From Thalassovita sp. (GTDB lineage Bacteria; Pseudomonadota; Alphaproteobacteria; Rhodobacterales; Rhodobacteraceae), in the NCBI RefSeq assembly GCF_965218685.1, contig NZ_OZ244657.1, positions 55,639 through 119,638 of the forward strand: 64,000 bases of DNA, in the 5' to 3' direction. Shown here piece by piece: positions 47,668-57,266 of the stretch (its first letter is position 1; each line of letters opens with the position of its first letter). The notes beneath the pieces were generated by a model. The model ran no database searches and had not been told where the DNA came from. It was given only the letters and a program-made list of their open reading frames with translations. The position numbers and the translations under genes are program-made.

Positions 47668-48606
47668 GTGAAACTGTCCGGTATCATAAAAGGCATCGCC
47701 GTGGGGCTTACTCTGAGCCTTGCGGGCTGCATTGATGCCCCCGCCCCCCGATCCCCCGGCGCAGGGACGGATTCGGCCCAACCTTCGGCGCAAAGCCGGG
47801 CGCTGAAGACATACTATGCCCGTCTGCAGGCCGATCTGTTGGCTCAGGGGCTGCTGCGCTCTGGTGGGGGCGGGCCGGACACGCCCTTTACGGCCGATCT
47901 TCTGGCCCGCAACTTCGAGGCGATCGCCTTTTTCGATGAATACGAACGCGGCGCTGGCCTGCGGGCGTCACGCGCCGGCGCCGGGGTGCTGCGCCGCTGG
48001 AAAGAGCCGGTGCGTGTGGCCGTGCAATTCGGCCCTGATGTTCCGGCCGCGCAGCAAAGTCAGGACTTGGCGACCATCTCGAACTATGTTGCGCGCTTGC
48101 AGCGGGTCACCGGCCATCCAATGTCGATGCGCGGACGCGATGCCAATTTCCACGTGCTGATCATGTCCGAGGACGACCGCGCCACCATGCTCGCGCGCGT
48201 CCGTCAGATCGTGCCCAATATCAACCCCGCCTCGATGCAGGTGATTCAGAATATTCCGCGCTCGATCCACTGCCTTGTCCTTGCATTCTCGGACATCCGG
48301 GTGGACCACAATTATGCCAAGGCAATCGCTATCATTCGGGCCGAACACCCTGATCTTCTGCGCAAATCCTGCGTCCACGAGGAGATCGCACAGGGGTTGG
48401 GCCTGGCCAATGACAGCCCGGCCGCGCGACCCTCGATTTTCAATGACGATGACGAGTTTGCCCTGCTGACAACGCATGACGAAATGCTGCTGAAAATTCT
48501 CTATGATCGGCGGCTCCATGCAGGTATCAGCGCCGAGGCAGCCCGTCCCATTATCCGCCAGATCGCCCGCGAGCTGACAGGTGAAAAAGCTGGCGGATCC
48601 AGCTGA
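47668..48606 (+). CDS. DUF2927-family lipoprotein
   Basis: Lipobox LAGC; RRWKEPVRV, CVHEEIAQGLGLAND, SIFNDDDEFALLT..D..LLKILYDRRL. Confidence 0.8.
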   Translation: MKLSGIIKGIAVGLTLSLAGCIDAPAPRSPGAGTDSAQPSAQSRALKTYYARLQADLLAQGLLRSGGGGPDTPFTADLLARNFEAIAFFDEYERGAGLRASRAGAGVLRRWKEPVRVAVQFGPDVPAAQQSQDLATISNYVARLQRVTGHPMSMRGRDANFHVLIMSEDDRATMLARVRQIVPNINPASMQVIQNIPRSIHCLVLAFSDIRVDHNYAKAIAIIRAEHPDLLRKSCVHEEIAQGLGLANDSPAARPSIFNDDDEFALLTTHDEMLLKILYDRRLHAGISAEAARPIIRQIARELTGEKAGGSS

Positions 48607-48623
48607 ACAAAGGAGGCCCGACC

Positions 48624-49745
48624 ATGGGTATATTCGATTTTCTGACCGGAGAGTTCATCGACGTTATCCACTGGGTCGATGACAGCCGCGACACGATGGT
48701 CTGGCGGTTCGAGCGTGAGGACCACGAGATCAAATACGGCGCCAAGCTGACCGTCCGCGAAGGTCAGGCCGCCGTTTTCGTGCACGAAGGCCAGCTGGCA
48801 GATGTCTTCACCCCCGGCCTTTATATGTTGGAAACCAACAACATGCCGGTTCTGACCACGTTGCAGCACTGGGATCACGGGTTCAAATCTCCGTTCAAGT
48901 CCGAGATCTATTTCGTCAACACCACCCGGTTCAACGACCTGAAATGGGGCACCAAAAACCCCATCATGCTGCGTGATCCTGAATTCGGCCCGACCCGCAT
49001 TCGCGCCTATGGCACCTATTCGGTGCGCGTCACCGATCCGGCTCGTTTCCTGACCGAGATCGTCGGCACGGATGGCGAATTCACCATGGACGAAATAAGT
49101 TTCCAAGTGCGCAACATCATCGTGCAGGAATTTTCGCGCGCCATCGCGGCCTCGGGCATCCCTGTGCTGGACATGGCCGCGAACACGGCTGATCTGGGCA
49201 AGCTGATCGCGGCTGAAATCTCGGGGACCGTGGCCGAGTACGGGCTGTCGATCCCTGAGCTGTATATCGAAAACATCAGCCTGCCCCCCGCGGTCGAGGC
49301 CGCGCTGGACAAGCGGACTTCGATGGGGCTGGCGGGCGATCTGGGTAAGTTCACGCAGTATTCCGCCGCCGAGGCCATGACCGCCGCTGCGCAAACTCCG
49401 AACAGCGGCATGGGCGCGGGTCTGGGTGCTGGCATGGGCATGGCGATGGCACAGCAGATGGCCAACATGGGTCCATGGGGCGCACGTCCTGCTGCTGCCC
49501 CCGCCACAGCGGCACCTGTCGCGCCCCCGCCGCCACCGGTTGAAAAGGTCTGGCACATCGCCGAGGACGGTCAGACCAAGGGCCCGTACTCCAAGGCCTC
49601 TCTGGGCCGCATGGCCGCCAGCGGAGAACTAACGCGCGAAACCTTTGTTTGGACCGCAGGTCAGGATGGCTGGAAACACGCCGATGACGTGGCCGAGCTG
49701 GCGCAGCTGTTCACGGTGATGCCGCCGCCGCCGCCCATGGGCTGA
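48624..49745 (+). CDS. SPFH/band-7 (YdjI-like) protein with C-terminal GYF_2 (DUF4339) domain
   Basis: IKYGAKLTVREGQAAVF, KWGTKNPI, RAYGTYS, IENISLP; Gly/Met linker; WHIAEDGQTKGPY...TFVWTAGQDGWK. Confidence 0.88.
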   Translation: MGIFDFLTGEFIDVIHWVDDSRDTMVWRFEREDHEIKYGAKLTVREGQAAVFVHEGQLADVFTPGLYMLETNNMPVLTTLQHWDHGFKSPFKSEIYFVNTTRFNDLKWGTKNPIMLRDPEFGPTRIRAYGTYSVRVTDPARFLTEIVGTDGEFTMDEISFQVRNIIVQEFSRAIAASGIPVLDMAANTADLGKLIAAEISGTVAEYGLSIPELYIENISLPPAVEAALDKRTSMGLAGDLGKFTQYSAAEAMTAAAQTPNSGMGAGLGAGMGMAMAQQMANMGPWGARPAAAPATAAPVAPPPPPVEKVWHIAEDGQTKGPYSKASLGRMAASGELTRETFVWTAGQDGWKHADDVAELAQLFTVMPPPPPMG

Positions 49746-49763
49746 TCCAGAGCACTTGCACAC

Positions 49764-50144
49764 ATGACCCGGATCACACGCGGCCCAGACTGCGAAACCA
49801 CGGCCAAAAGCCTGCGCATCGAGGAAATTGCCCTGGCCCTGATGGGCGCGGGCGATTTGCCCGATGGCTACCTATCCGAAGGCGCCGTCTGGGACCGGAC
49901 CGAGGGCGCGATCTCGGGTCGCAACGCCATCCAGAAAACCCGCGCCGCCCTGCCCCGCTGCGAGACGATCCGCATGGAACAAGTGGTCAGCCACGGCAAG
50001 GCTGGCACGGCCTCGGGGTTGGTGACGCGGCCCGGTCAGGGCACCCGGCTGTTTTGCCACGTGATCCGGTTCACCTCGACCTCGGCCCAGACCGTCGCCC
50101 AAGTGGTCAGCTTTGAACATGCCCAGCGAAAAAATGTCCGATAA
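49764..50144 (+). CDS. SnoaL/NTF2-like small protein
   Basis: L.EGAVWDRTEG.ISGR.AI, VVSHGKAG, FCHVIRF pattern; operon position. Confidence 0.55.
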   Translation: MTRITRGPDCETTAKSLRIEEIALALMGAGDLPDGYLSEGAVWDRTEGAISGRNAIQKTRAALPRCETIRMEQVVSHGKAGTASGLVTRPGQGTRLFCHVIRFTSTSAQTVAQVVSFEHAQRKNVR

Positions 50145-51234
50145 CCTTATGAATGAACACCGTTTTCCCTGCGATCAATGCGGTGCTGACCTGCGGTTCG
50201 ACCCCGGTAAATCCCAACTGGTCTGCGACCATTGCGGAGCAACCGAAACGGTTAAGGACGATGGCCCCTGGTCCGGCGGCGCGATCCGCGAACTGGATTT
50301 CAAACAGGCGCTGAACAACCTTCTGCCCGCGCAGGAAATCGAGGAAACCCGCGTCACCAAATGCCCCAACTGCGGCGCTCAGGTCGAGTTTGACGAGGTG
50401 AACCACGCGCTGGAATGCCCCTTCTGCGCGACCCCCGTGGTGACCGATACCGGCACGCACCGGCATATCAAACCGCGCGGCGTTTTGCCCTTTGATCTGG
50501 ATGAGAAACAAGCGCGCGACGCGATGACCCGTTGGCTGGGCAAGCTGTGGTTCGCGCCCAATGGGTTGCAGGAATACGCTCGCAAGGGCCGCAAGATGGA
50601 TGGCATCTATGTCCCCTATTGGACCTTTGATGCGGATACCAAGTCCAGCTATCGCGGCGAACGCGGCACCCGTTATCAGGAAACCCGCACCGTTATGCGC
50701 GACGGCAAACGCCAGCAGGTGACAGTGACGAAAATCCGCTGGCGGGGGGTCTCGGGACGTGTGGCCCGGTTCTTTGACGATGTGCTGGTATTGGCCTCGC
50801 GCAGCCTGCCTGCGCGCTATACCGACGCGCTGGAACCCTGGGATCTGTCCGCGCTGGAACCTTACCGCCCCGAGTTTCTGGCCGGGTTCCGCGCCGAAGG
50901 ATACGCCGTTGAACTGGACGAAGGGTACGAGCTTGCCCGCACCAAGATGAACCGCGTGATCGAGCGCGACGTACGCTTTGATATCGGCGGCGATCAGCAA
51001 CGCATCCATGACATCCAAACCCAGATCAGCGACGTGACCTTCAAGCATGTGCTGCTGCCGGTCTGGCTGGCCGCTTACAAATACCGTGGGAAAACCTATC
51101 GTTTCGTTGTCAATGGCCAAACCGGCCGGGTACAAGGCGAACGGCCCTGGTCGGCGTGGAAGATCACCTTTGCTGTCATTTTTGGCCTGATCGTCGCCGG
51201 GATTGCCGGCTATTTCATCGCACAAAATCAATAA
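50134..51234 (+). CDS. Multi-zinc-ribbon membrane protein (YdjG-like; start 50134 or 50149)
   Basis: Four CxxC pairs (CDQC, CDHC, CPNC, CPFC), YVPYWTFD, VLLPVW, VVNGQTGRVQGERP, C-terminal TM helix. Confidence 0.85.
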   Translation: MSDNLMNEHRFPCDQCGADLRFDPGKSQLVCDHCGATETVKDDGPWSGGAIRELDFKQALNNLLPAQEIEETRVTKCPNCGAQVEFDEVNHALECPFCATPVVTDTGTHRHIKPRGVLPFDLDEKQARDAMTRWLGKLWFAPNGLQEYARKGRKMDGIYVPYWTFDADTKSSYRGERGTRYQETRTVMRDGKRQQVTVTKIRWRGVSGRVARFFDDVLVLASRSLPARYTDALEPWDLSALEPYRPEFLAGFRAEGYAVELDEGYELARTKMNRVIERDVRFDIGGDQQRIHDIQTQISDVTFKHVLLPVWLAAYKYRGKTYRFVVNGQTGRVQGERPWSAWKITFAVIFGLIVAGIAGYFIAQNQ

Positions 51235-51254
51235 CATGACCTTGGGGAGGGGCC

Positions 51255-51938
51255 ATGCAACGGGACTTCGAAGCGTTTAACGCTCTTATGCACAGCCGCC
51301 ATTCGTGCCGCGGCTTCAAACCTGACCCTGTGCCGCAAGAGGTGATCGAGCGTATCACCCTTGCCGCTTCCCGCGTGCCGACCTGGTGCAATGCGCAGCC
51401 CTGGCAGCTGCATATCACGCGCGGGACAGAAACCGACCGGTTCCGCACTGCGTTGCAAAAGGCCGCGACCACCCAGGCGCCTCAGCCCGACATGGCCTGG
51501 CCCCGCCGATACGAGGGAGTCTACAAGGACCGCCGCCGCACCTGCGGATTTCAGCTGTATGACTCGGTGGGGATCACCAAGGGCGACCGCCAAGGATCGG
51601 CGGCGCAGATGATGGAAAACTACGCCCTGTTCGGCGCCCCTCACGTGGCCATCGTGACCTCCGAGGATGATCTGGGCCCTTACGGCGCCATGGATTGTGG
51701 CGGTTTCATCGCAGCTTTCACCGTTGCTGCGCAGGCAGCCGGGGTGGCCTCGATCCCGCAAGCCGCCGTCGCCGCTTTTGCCCCCACCGTTCGCGCGTTT
51801 TTCGATATCCCCGCAGGGCGCAACATCCTGTGCGCCATCTCGTTCGGCTATGAAGATCCGGACCACCCCGCAAACGGTTTCCGAACCGAGCGCGCCGGGC
51901 TGGGCGAAATCATTCACTGGCATGGGAGCGACACATGA
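51255..51938 (+). CDS. Nitroreductase family protein
   Basis: [41 protein letters not shown]. Confidence 0.88.
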   Translation: MQRDFEAFNALMHSRHSCRGFKPDPVPQEVIERITLAASRVPTWCNAQPWQLHITRGTETDRFRTALQKAATTQAPQPDMAWPRRYEGVYKDRRRTCGFQLYDSVGITKGDRQGSAAQMMENYALFGAPHVAIVTSEDDLGPYGAMDCGGFIAAFTVAAQAAGVASIPQAAVAAFAPTVRAFFDIPAGRNILCAISFGYEDPDHPANGFRTERAGLGEIIHWHGSDT

Positions 51939-52372
51939 GAGCCCTTCTGCAACGTGTAAGCTCGGCCTCGGTCTCCGTGGACGACCAGGTGATCGGGCAG
52001 ACCGGCCCGGGCCTGCTGATCCTGATCTGCGCGATGCAGGGCGACACCGAGATGCAGGCCGACAAACTGGCGGCCAAGATCGCCAAGCTGCGGATTTTCA
52101 AGGATGACGCCGGTAAGATGAACTGCTCGGTCCGTGACATCGAAGGCTCGGCGCTGGTGGTCAGCCAATTCACGCTGGCCGCAGACACTGCGCGCGGTAA
52201 CCGTCCGGGATTTTCGACCGCCGCCCCGCCAGCCGAGGGCCAGCGTCTGTACGAGTATTTCGCCAAGAAACTGGCCGCCGAGGGCATCCCCGTGGAAACC
52301 GGCCAATTCGGTGCGGACATGGCTGTTTCGCTGATAAACGACGGTCCGGTGACAATCTGGATGGACATCTAA
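51935..52372 (+). CDS. dtd: D-aminoacyl-tRNA deacylase
   Basis: [34 protein letters not shown]. Confidence 0.96.
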   Translation: MRALLQRVSSASVSVDDQVIGQTGPGLLILICAMQGDTEMQADKLAAKIAKLRIFKDDAGKMNCSVRDIEGSALVVSQFTLAADTARGNRPGFSTAAPPAEGQRLYEYFAKKLAAEGIPVETGQFGADMAVSLINDGPVTIWMDI

Positions 52373-52383
52373 GCGCCGCTGAA

Positions 52384-52424
52384 AAAGCTGACGCGGGAAC
52401 CTCCCAGCTCCCGCGTCGTGCTTT
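52384..52424. terminator. Hairpin between dtd and converging tRNA transcript
   Basis: GACGCGGGA-ACCTCCCAGC-TCCCGCGTC with AAAGC/GCTTT extension. Confidence 0.65.
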
Positions 52425-52709
52425 GCCCGGCCGCAAAACGGCCAGTAGGCCGGACCCTCGTCCCACGTCTGCCATAACGGTTTTCACCGCCCCATCCGCG
52501 CCCCTCAACGCGTCAGGAAACTGGCTGCGCTCCCACGTTGGTCACTGTCGGCGGGTTGACCTTACACCACGGGATCGAACCCAGCCGCGCCTTGATCGTC
52601 AGACGATCATATCACCCCGAGTCGTTCAACAGGATTTTTCGGGCCTGCAAAAGTTACCTTACGTCCCAAGCGGCGCCAGGTCGTAAAGTGGTTTAACGGT
52701 GCAACCAAG

Positions 52710-52796
52710 TGGTACGGGCGGCCGGACTCGAACCGGCACGGCCTATACGGCCTAGAGATTTTAAGTCTCCTGTGTCTACCATTCCACCACGCCCGC
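52710..52796 (-). tRNA. tRNA-Leu (anticodon TAA), 87 nt with encoded CCA
   Basis: GCGGGCG acceptor, D-loop AATGGTAGA, anticodon loop CTTAAAA, long variable arm GGCCGTATAGGCC, TTCGAGT T-loop, 3' ACCA. Confidence 0.97.
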
Positions 52797-52886
52797 AGCA
52801 GTCCCCCGAAAGGAAATCAGGGGCAGACGCCCAAGGGATAACCAAAGTCGCCGCCAAGGACCAGACGTGTTTTTACGCGGCCAGGA

Positions 52887-53426
52887 CTATAGTTCTTCGC
52901 CCTTGGGTGGCGGGATCAGATGACGTTCAGGCAGCCATGGGTTCAGCGTCAGCGCGTTCTTCAGAACGGCCTGTCCTGCCTCAGTCTGACCAAGGCCCAT
53001 CAAGGTCAAAGCCTTACCTGACAAAGCGCCCACATGGGCCGGTGACAAGCGCAACGCCTGTTCCAGATCCAGCAGCGCGGTCTCATAGTCCTGCTGCAGG
53101 AAACGGACGAACGCCCGCTGGTTGTAGCCCTCGGCATAGTCGGGGCAATAGGCGATCAGCCGGTCAAAGTCCTGCACGGCGCCCAGAAAATCATAAACCC
53201 CGCGTTTGCGGATACCGCTGTTCAGCAGCTCTTGTGCAGCCTCATCCGGGGCAGAAGTCCACAAGGCCCACATCTGATCCGAGATCGCCTGCCCCTCGGC
53301 CTCGGTCTTGGCGGCGCGTGCTTCGTTGAACAATTTCGACAGCGCCTGGGAATGATCCGGCGCGGCCGGACAAGCCCACGCGGGGGACGCCAGCATCGAA
53401 ACGCCTATGAGTGCAGGTTTCAACAT
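52887..53426 (-). CDS. Exported TPR-repeat protein
   Basis: Signal peptide; AEGYNQRAF, ALLDLEQAL.LSPAHVGALSGKA, ALTLNPW repeats. Confidence 0.8.
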   Translation of the reverse strand: MLKPALIGVSMLASPAWACPAAPDHSQALSKLFNEARAAKTEAEGQAISDQMWALWTSAPDEAAQELLNSGIRKRGVYDFLGAVQDFDRLIAYCPDYAEGYNQRAFVRFLQQDYETALLDLEQALRLSPAHVGALSGKALTLMGLGQTEAGQAVLKNALTLNPWLPERHLIPPPKGEEL

Positions 53427-53509
53427 ATCCGAATGATGGCGCGATCCATGCACCCGTCAAGCCCCGCAGCCATCTTGACCCCGCCCGCAAAACCATCAAT
53501 CGTGCGCCC

Positions 53510-54259
53510 ATGTTCCCGATCCGAGACCACAACCCGTCCCAAGGCACGCCCTTCGTCACCTATGCGCTGATCGCGGTGAACGTGGCCGTGTTTCTCAGCT
53601 ATGTTAATCTGTTCAACGATCCCTACGCGCTGAACGCCTTTTTCGCAGACTGGTCGCTGGTCCCGGCGAATATCTCGAATGGCGCGCGCTATGACACGTT
53701 GGTCACCACCATGTTCCTGCACGGCGGCTTTATGCACTTGGCCGGTAACATGCTGTTTTTGTGGATTTTTGGCGACAACCTAGAGGAAGAAATGGGCCAT
53801 TTCGGCTTCCTTCTCTTCTATCTGGCCGCGGGCTTGGGCGCGGCACTGACACATGTGGTCTCGGCCCCGTATTCGATGGTTCCCACCGTGGGCGCATCAG
53901 GCGCGATTGCGGGCGTGATGGGCGGCTACCTGCTGCTGTTCCCCAAGGCAAAGATAGACATTCTGCTGATCTTGATCGTGTTCTTCCGCATCTTCTCGGT
54001 CCCTGCCTGGGCGATGCTTGGCCTGTGGTTCGCGCTGCAGCTGCTCTCGGGCACAGGCGCGGACCCCGATACCGGAGGCGTCGCCTACTGGGCCCATGCG
54101 GGTGGTTTCGTCATCGGCTTCGTCCTGACCCTGCCGGTCTGGCTGAAACGCGGCGGCACCGGGTATTGGAACCGCACCCAAGGCCATCCGCCCCACCCCG
54201 AGGCCGCCTATCGTTTCGTCCCCACCAGCATTCCCACGGTGAAACGTCGGCGAAAATAG
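53510..54259 (+). CDS. Rhomboid intramembrane serine protease
   Basis: MFLHGGFMHLAGNM, GASG catalytic Ser, YWAHAGG catalytic His. Confidence 0.92.
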   Translation: MFPIRDHNPSQGTPFVTYALIAVNVAVFLSYVNLFNDPYALNAFFADWSLVPANISNGARYDTLVTTMFLHGGFMHLAGNMLFLWIFGDNLEEEMGHFGFLLFYLAAGLGAALTHVVSAPYSMVPTVGASGAIAGVMGGYLLLFPKAKIDILLILIVFFRIFSVPAWAMLGLWFALQLLSGTGADPDTGGVAYWAHAGGFVIGFVLTLPVWLKRGGTGYWNRTQGHPPHPEAAYRFVPTSIPTVKRRRK

Positions 54260-54301
54260 GCATCCATTCACGCTGTCATGGATTGAATGCCCCGGGGTGA
54301 A

Positions 54302-54381
54302 TGCGCGCAGCGCAGAGGGGCAACGCCCCTAACCCCGAGGCCGCAAGGCCGAGATATCCTGTGCGCGCGCCAGCGCGCCCC
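54302..54381 (+). repeat. Multi-hairpin intergenic repeat, copy A
   Basis: TGCGC-GCA-GCGCA, AGGGGC-AAC-GCCCCT, GGCC-GCAA-GGCC and GCGCGC-GCCA-GCGCGC-CCC; 3' half resembles 62847-62894. Confidence 0.6.
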
Positions 54382-54396
54382 GCTGGATCAATCAGA

Positions 54397-55191
54397 TCAA
54401 TCGCGCGCGCGGATGATCTTGGCAAAACGGTCGAAAATCTCACCGTTGGCAGCGACGATATCGCCATGCTCCAGCGGCTCGTGACCATTGCGGATCGGGC
54501 CAACCATGCCGCCAGCCTCTTGCACGATCAGATAGCCTGCTGCGATGTCCCAGATATTCAGCTCACGTTCCCAGAAACCGTCGTACCGGCCCGCGGCCAC
54601 ATAGGCCAAGTCCAGCGCAGCCGAGCCAAAGCGGCGCACGCCGGCGCATTCGGGCATAATCCGCGCCAGGTCCTGCAGCGTGGCAGGCAGCGTGTTCTTG
54701 CCCGCGAACGGGATACCGGTGGCAAAGATCGACTCGATCATGCGGGTGCGGCCCGATACACGCAGCCGGTTGCTGTCGTTCAGCCACGCGCCCATACCTT
54801 TTTCTGCATAGAACATCTCGTCCTTGGCAGCGTCGTAAATCACACCCGAAACGATCTGTCCCTTATGTTCCAGCGCGATCGAGATCGCCCAGTGCGGCAG
54901 ACCGTGCAAGAAGTTGGTAGTGCCGTCCAGCGGATCAACGATCCAACGGCGGGTGGGGTCCTGCCCGTTGATCTCGCCGCCCTCTTCGGCCAGCCAGCCA
55001 TAGGTCGGACGCGCGCCCAGAAGTTCTTCTTTCAGGATCGCCTCGGCGGCCAGGTCAGCCTTGGAAACAAAGTCACCTGCGCCCTTCATCGAAACCTGCA
55101 GGTTCTCGACCTCGCGGAAATCCTTGACCAGCGAACGGCCCGCCTTGCGCGCTGCCTTGATCATGATGTTAAGATTCGCACTGCCCTGCAT
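54397..55191 (-). CDS. suhB: Inositol monophosphatase SuhB
   Basis: KGAGDFVS.AD, AEEGG, WIVDPLDGTTNFLHG, RRFGSAALDLAYVA.GR.DGFWE, WDIAAG. Confidence 0.92.
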   Translation of the reverse strand: MQGSANLNIMIKAARKAGRSLVKDFREVENLQVSMKGAGDFVSKADLAAEAILKEELLGARPTYGWLAEEGGEINGQDPTRRWIVDPLDGTTNFLHGLPHWAISIALEHKGQIVSGVIYDAAKDEMFYAEKGMGAWLNDSNRLRVSGRTRMIESIFATGIPFAGKNTLPATLQDLARIMPECAGVRRFGSAALDLAYVAAGRYDGFWERELNIWDIAAGYLIVQEAGGMVGPIRNGHEPLEHGDIVAANGEIFDRFAKIIRARD

Positions 55192-55331
55192 CGGTCGGCT
55201 CCTGATTATCCAAGCCGCGCCTATACCCCCCAGCGCCCTGTTTGCCAAGGGCAAAGCGCGGAATCGAGGGGGTTTTGCAGGCGCAGCCCCCGGCCTTTGC
55301 GAACGTGACGCGGGAAAACAGATCGACCGCG

Positions 55332-56237
55332 TTACTGGCGCTGCAGCTTTACCGGTTCAGTACGGGCCAGCCGTGTGAAATGCGAGAAATACGGGCGCGT
55401 CGCATCATCGCTGCGAACGGCCGCATAAAGCCGCCGGTTCAGGCCGGCTTTCGTGATCGGGCGCGTGACATAGTCCGAGTTATATTTGACCTCGCGCACA
55501 ACCCAGTCCGGCAGAACGGCGACACCCCGGTTCGAGGCAACCAGCAACAGCATCATCGGCGTCAGCTCGACGCGGCGGATCGCGGCGGGCTCGACCCCGG
55601 CCGGTTCCAAAAGCAGTTTGAAGATGTCCAGGCGCGAGCGGTCCACCGGGTAGGCAAAAAGCGTCTCCCCTCGGAAATCCTCGGCCTCGACATAGGGTTG
55701 TTGCGCCAGCGGATGCTGGGCCGAAGCGACGAAGACAGGGGAATAGTCAAACAGCGGCAGGAATTCGACACCGGGGATGTCCTCGGGGTCGGACGAGATA
55801 ACCAGGTCGACCTCTTCCTTGACCAGCGCGGGCAGCGCGTCGAAGGCCAGGTTGGGACGGATGTCGATATCCACGTCAGGCCATGCCTTGCGAAACTGCT
55901 CAAGCACGGGGAACAGCCATTCAAAACAAGCGTGACATTCGATTGCGATATGCAACCGGCCCGTCTTGCCCGAGATGATACCGTTGAACTCTTCTTCAAG
56001 CCGCGCAAGTTCGGGCAGGATATTGTCAGCAGCGCGCAGCAGACGCATCCCTGCAGCGGACAGTTTCAGCGGCTTCGAGCGGCGCACGAACAGTTCGACC
56101 CCGGTCTGATCCTCCAGATGCTTGATCTGGTGGGACAAAGCCGACTGGGTAATGTTCAGCTGATCAGCGGCGCGGGCCATACCGCCGGCCTCGTGGATGG
56201 CTTTAACAGTGCGCAGATGGCGGATTTCGATATGCAT
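55332..56237 (-). CDS. metR: LysR regulator MetR
   Basis: IEIRHL..V, TQSALSHQIK, IECHACFEWL; divergent from metF. Confidence 0.92.
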   Translation of the reverse strand: MHIEIRHLRTVKAIHEAGGMARAADQLNITQSALSHQIKHLEDQTGVELFVRRSKPLKLSAAGMRLLRAADNILPELARLEEEFNGIISGKTGRLHIAIECHACFEWLFPVLEQFRKAWPDVDIDIRPNLAFDALPALVKEEVDLVISSDPEDIPGVEFLPLFDYSPVFVASAQHPLAQQPYVEAEDFRGETLFAYPVDRSRLDIFKLLLEPAGVEPAAIRRVELTPMMLLLVASNRGVAVLPDWVVREVKYNSDYVTRPITKAGLNRRLYAAVRSDDATRPYFSHFTRLARTEPVKLQRQ

Positions 56238-56239
56238 TA

Positions 56240-56283
56240 TGAATGAGACTCAAGTTGACCTTTAGTTTTATGAAGTTGTCTCA
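56240..56283. promoter_or_regulatory. Two MetR boxes
   Basis: TGAA-N5-CTCA at 56240-56252 and 56271-56283 (consensus TGAA-N5-TTCA). Confidence 0.75.
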
Positions 56284-56332
56284 CAAACCAGAATCTGCGA
56301 CAAGGGGGACCACCCTAGATATGGATAGACCG

Positions 56333-57199
56333 ATGACCGTCCCTGCGATTTCTTTTGAATTCTTCCCGCCTCAGAACCTGGAGGCGTCGTTCCGCCTTTG
56401 GGACACGGTGCAGGTTCTGGCCCCGATGGCCCCGCGTTTCGTGTCTGTCACCTATGGCGCAGGCGGCACCACCCGTGACCTGACCCGCGATGCCGTGGCC
56501 ACCATCCACAAGCATTCGGGCCTGAACGTGGCCGCGCACCTGACCTGCGTGAACGCAACCCGCGAGGAAACCCTGGCCATCGCCGACCAGTTCGCCGAGG
56601 CCGGCGTCAAGGAAATCGTCGCCCTGCGTGGCGATCCGCCCAAGGGCACCGGCGCGTTCCAGCAGCACCCCGACGGGTTCGCCAGCTCGGTCGAGCTGAT
56701 CGAGGCGCTGTCCGAGACCGGCAAGTTCAACATCCGCGTGGGCGCCTACCCTGAAAAGCACCCCGAAGCCTCCAGCGGCGCGGCCGATGTGGAATACCTC
56801 AAGCGCAAGTTCGACGCTGGCGCTGACGAGGCGCTGACCCAGTTCTTCTTCGAGGCCGACACTTTCTTCCGCTTCCGTGACGCTTGCGAAAAGGCCGGGA
56901 TCGACAAACCGATCATCCCCGGCATCCTGCCGATCGAGAACTGGAAAGGCGCGCGCAACTTTGCCCGCCGCTGCGGCACCGACGTGCCTGCATGGATGGA
57001 CGAAGCCTTTGAAAAGGCCGCCCGCGACGGGCGCGAGGATCTGCTGGCCACCGCCCTAGCGACCGAGCTGTGCAGCGATCTGATCGACGGCGGCGTGGAC
57101 AGCCTGCATTTCTACACGCTGAACCGGCCCGAGCTGACCCGCGATGTGTGCCATGCCCTGGGGGTCGCACCCAAAACCAACCTGGAAAACGTTGCGTAA
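56333..57199 (+). CDS. metF: 5,10-methylenetetrahydrofolate reductase
   Basis: SFEFFPP, SVTYGAGG, AHLTCV, ALRGDPP, AYPEKHP, TQFFF, HFYTLNR. Confidence 0.96.
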   Translation: MTVPAISFEFFPPQNLEASFRLWDTVQVLAPMAPRFVSVTYGAGGTTRDLTRDAVATIHKHSGLNVAAHLTCVNATREETLAIADQFAEAGVKEIVALRGDPPKGTGAFQQHPDGFASSVELIEALSETGKFNIRVGAYPEKHPEASSGAADVEYLKRKFDAGADEALTQFFFEADTFFRFRDACEKAGIDKPIIPGILPIENWKGARNFARRCGTDVPAWMDEAFEKAARDGREDLLATALATELCSDLIDGGVDSLHFYTLNRPELTRDVCHALGVAPKTNLENVA

Positions 57200-57266
57200 C
57201 GCCCTCTTGCCTGTCTGACAGTGCCGCGCCACCATTCACATGCGAATGATGAAAGGGAGGCGCGCA

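Noticed and set aside
52373-52886. Prophage or genomic island at tRNA-Leu
   Set aside because: No integrase, no duplicated tRNA 3' end seen, and flanking genes are housekeeping. The ORFs 52423..52686 and 52709..53329 look spurious (the latter reads through the tRNA).
56238-56332. SAM riboswitch before metF
   Set aside because: The leader is short and explained by two MetR boxes; no SAM-II or SAM-SAH motif recognised.
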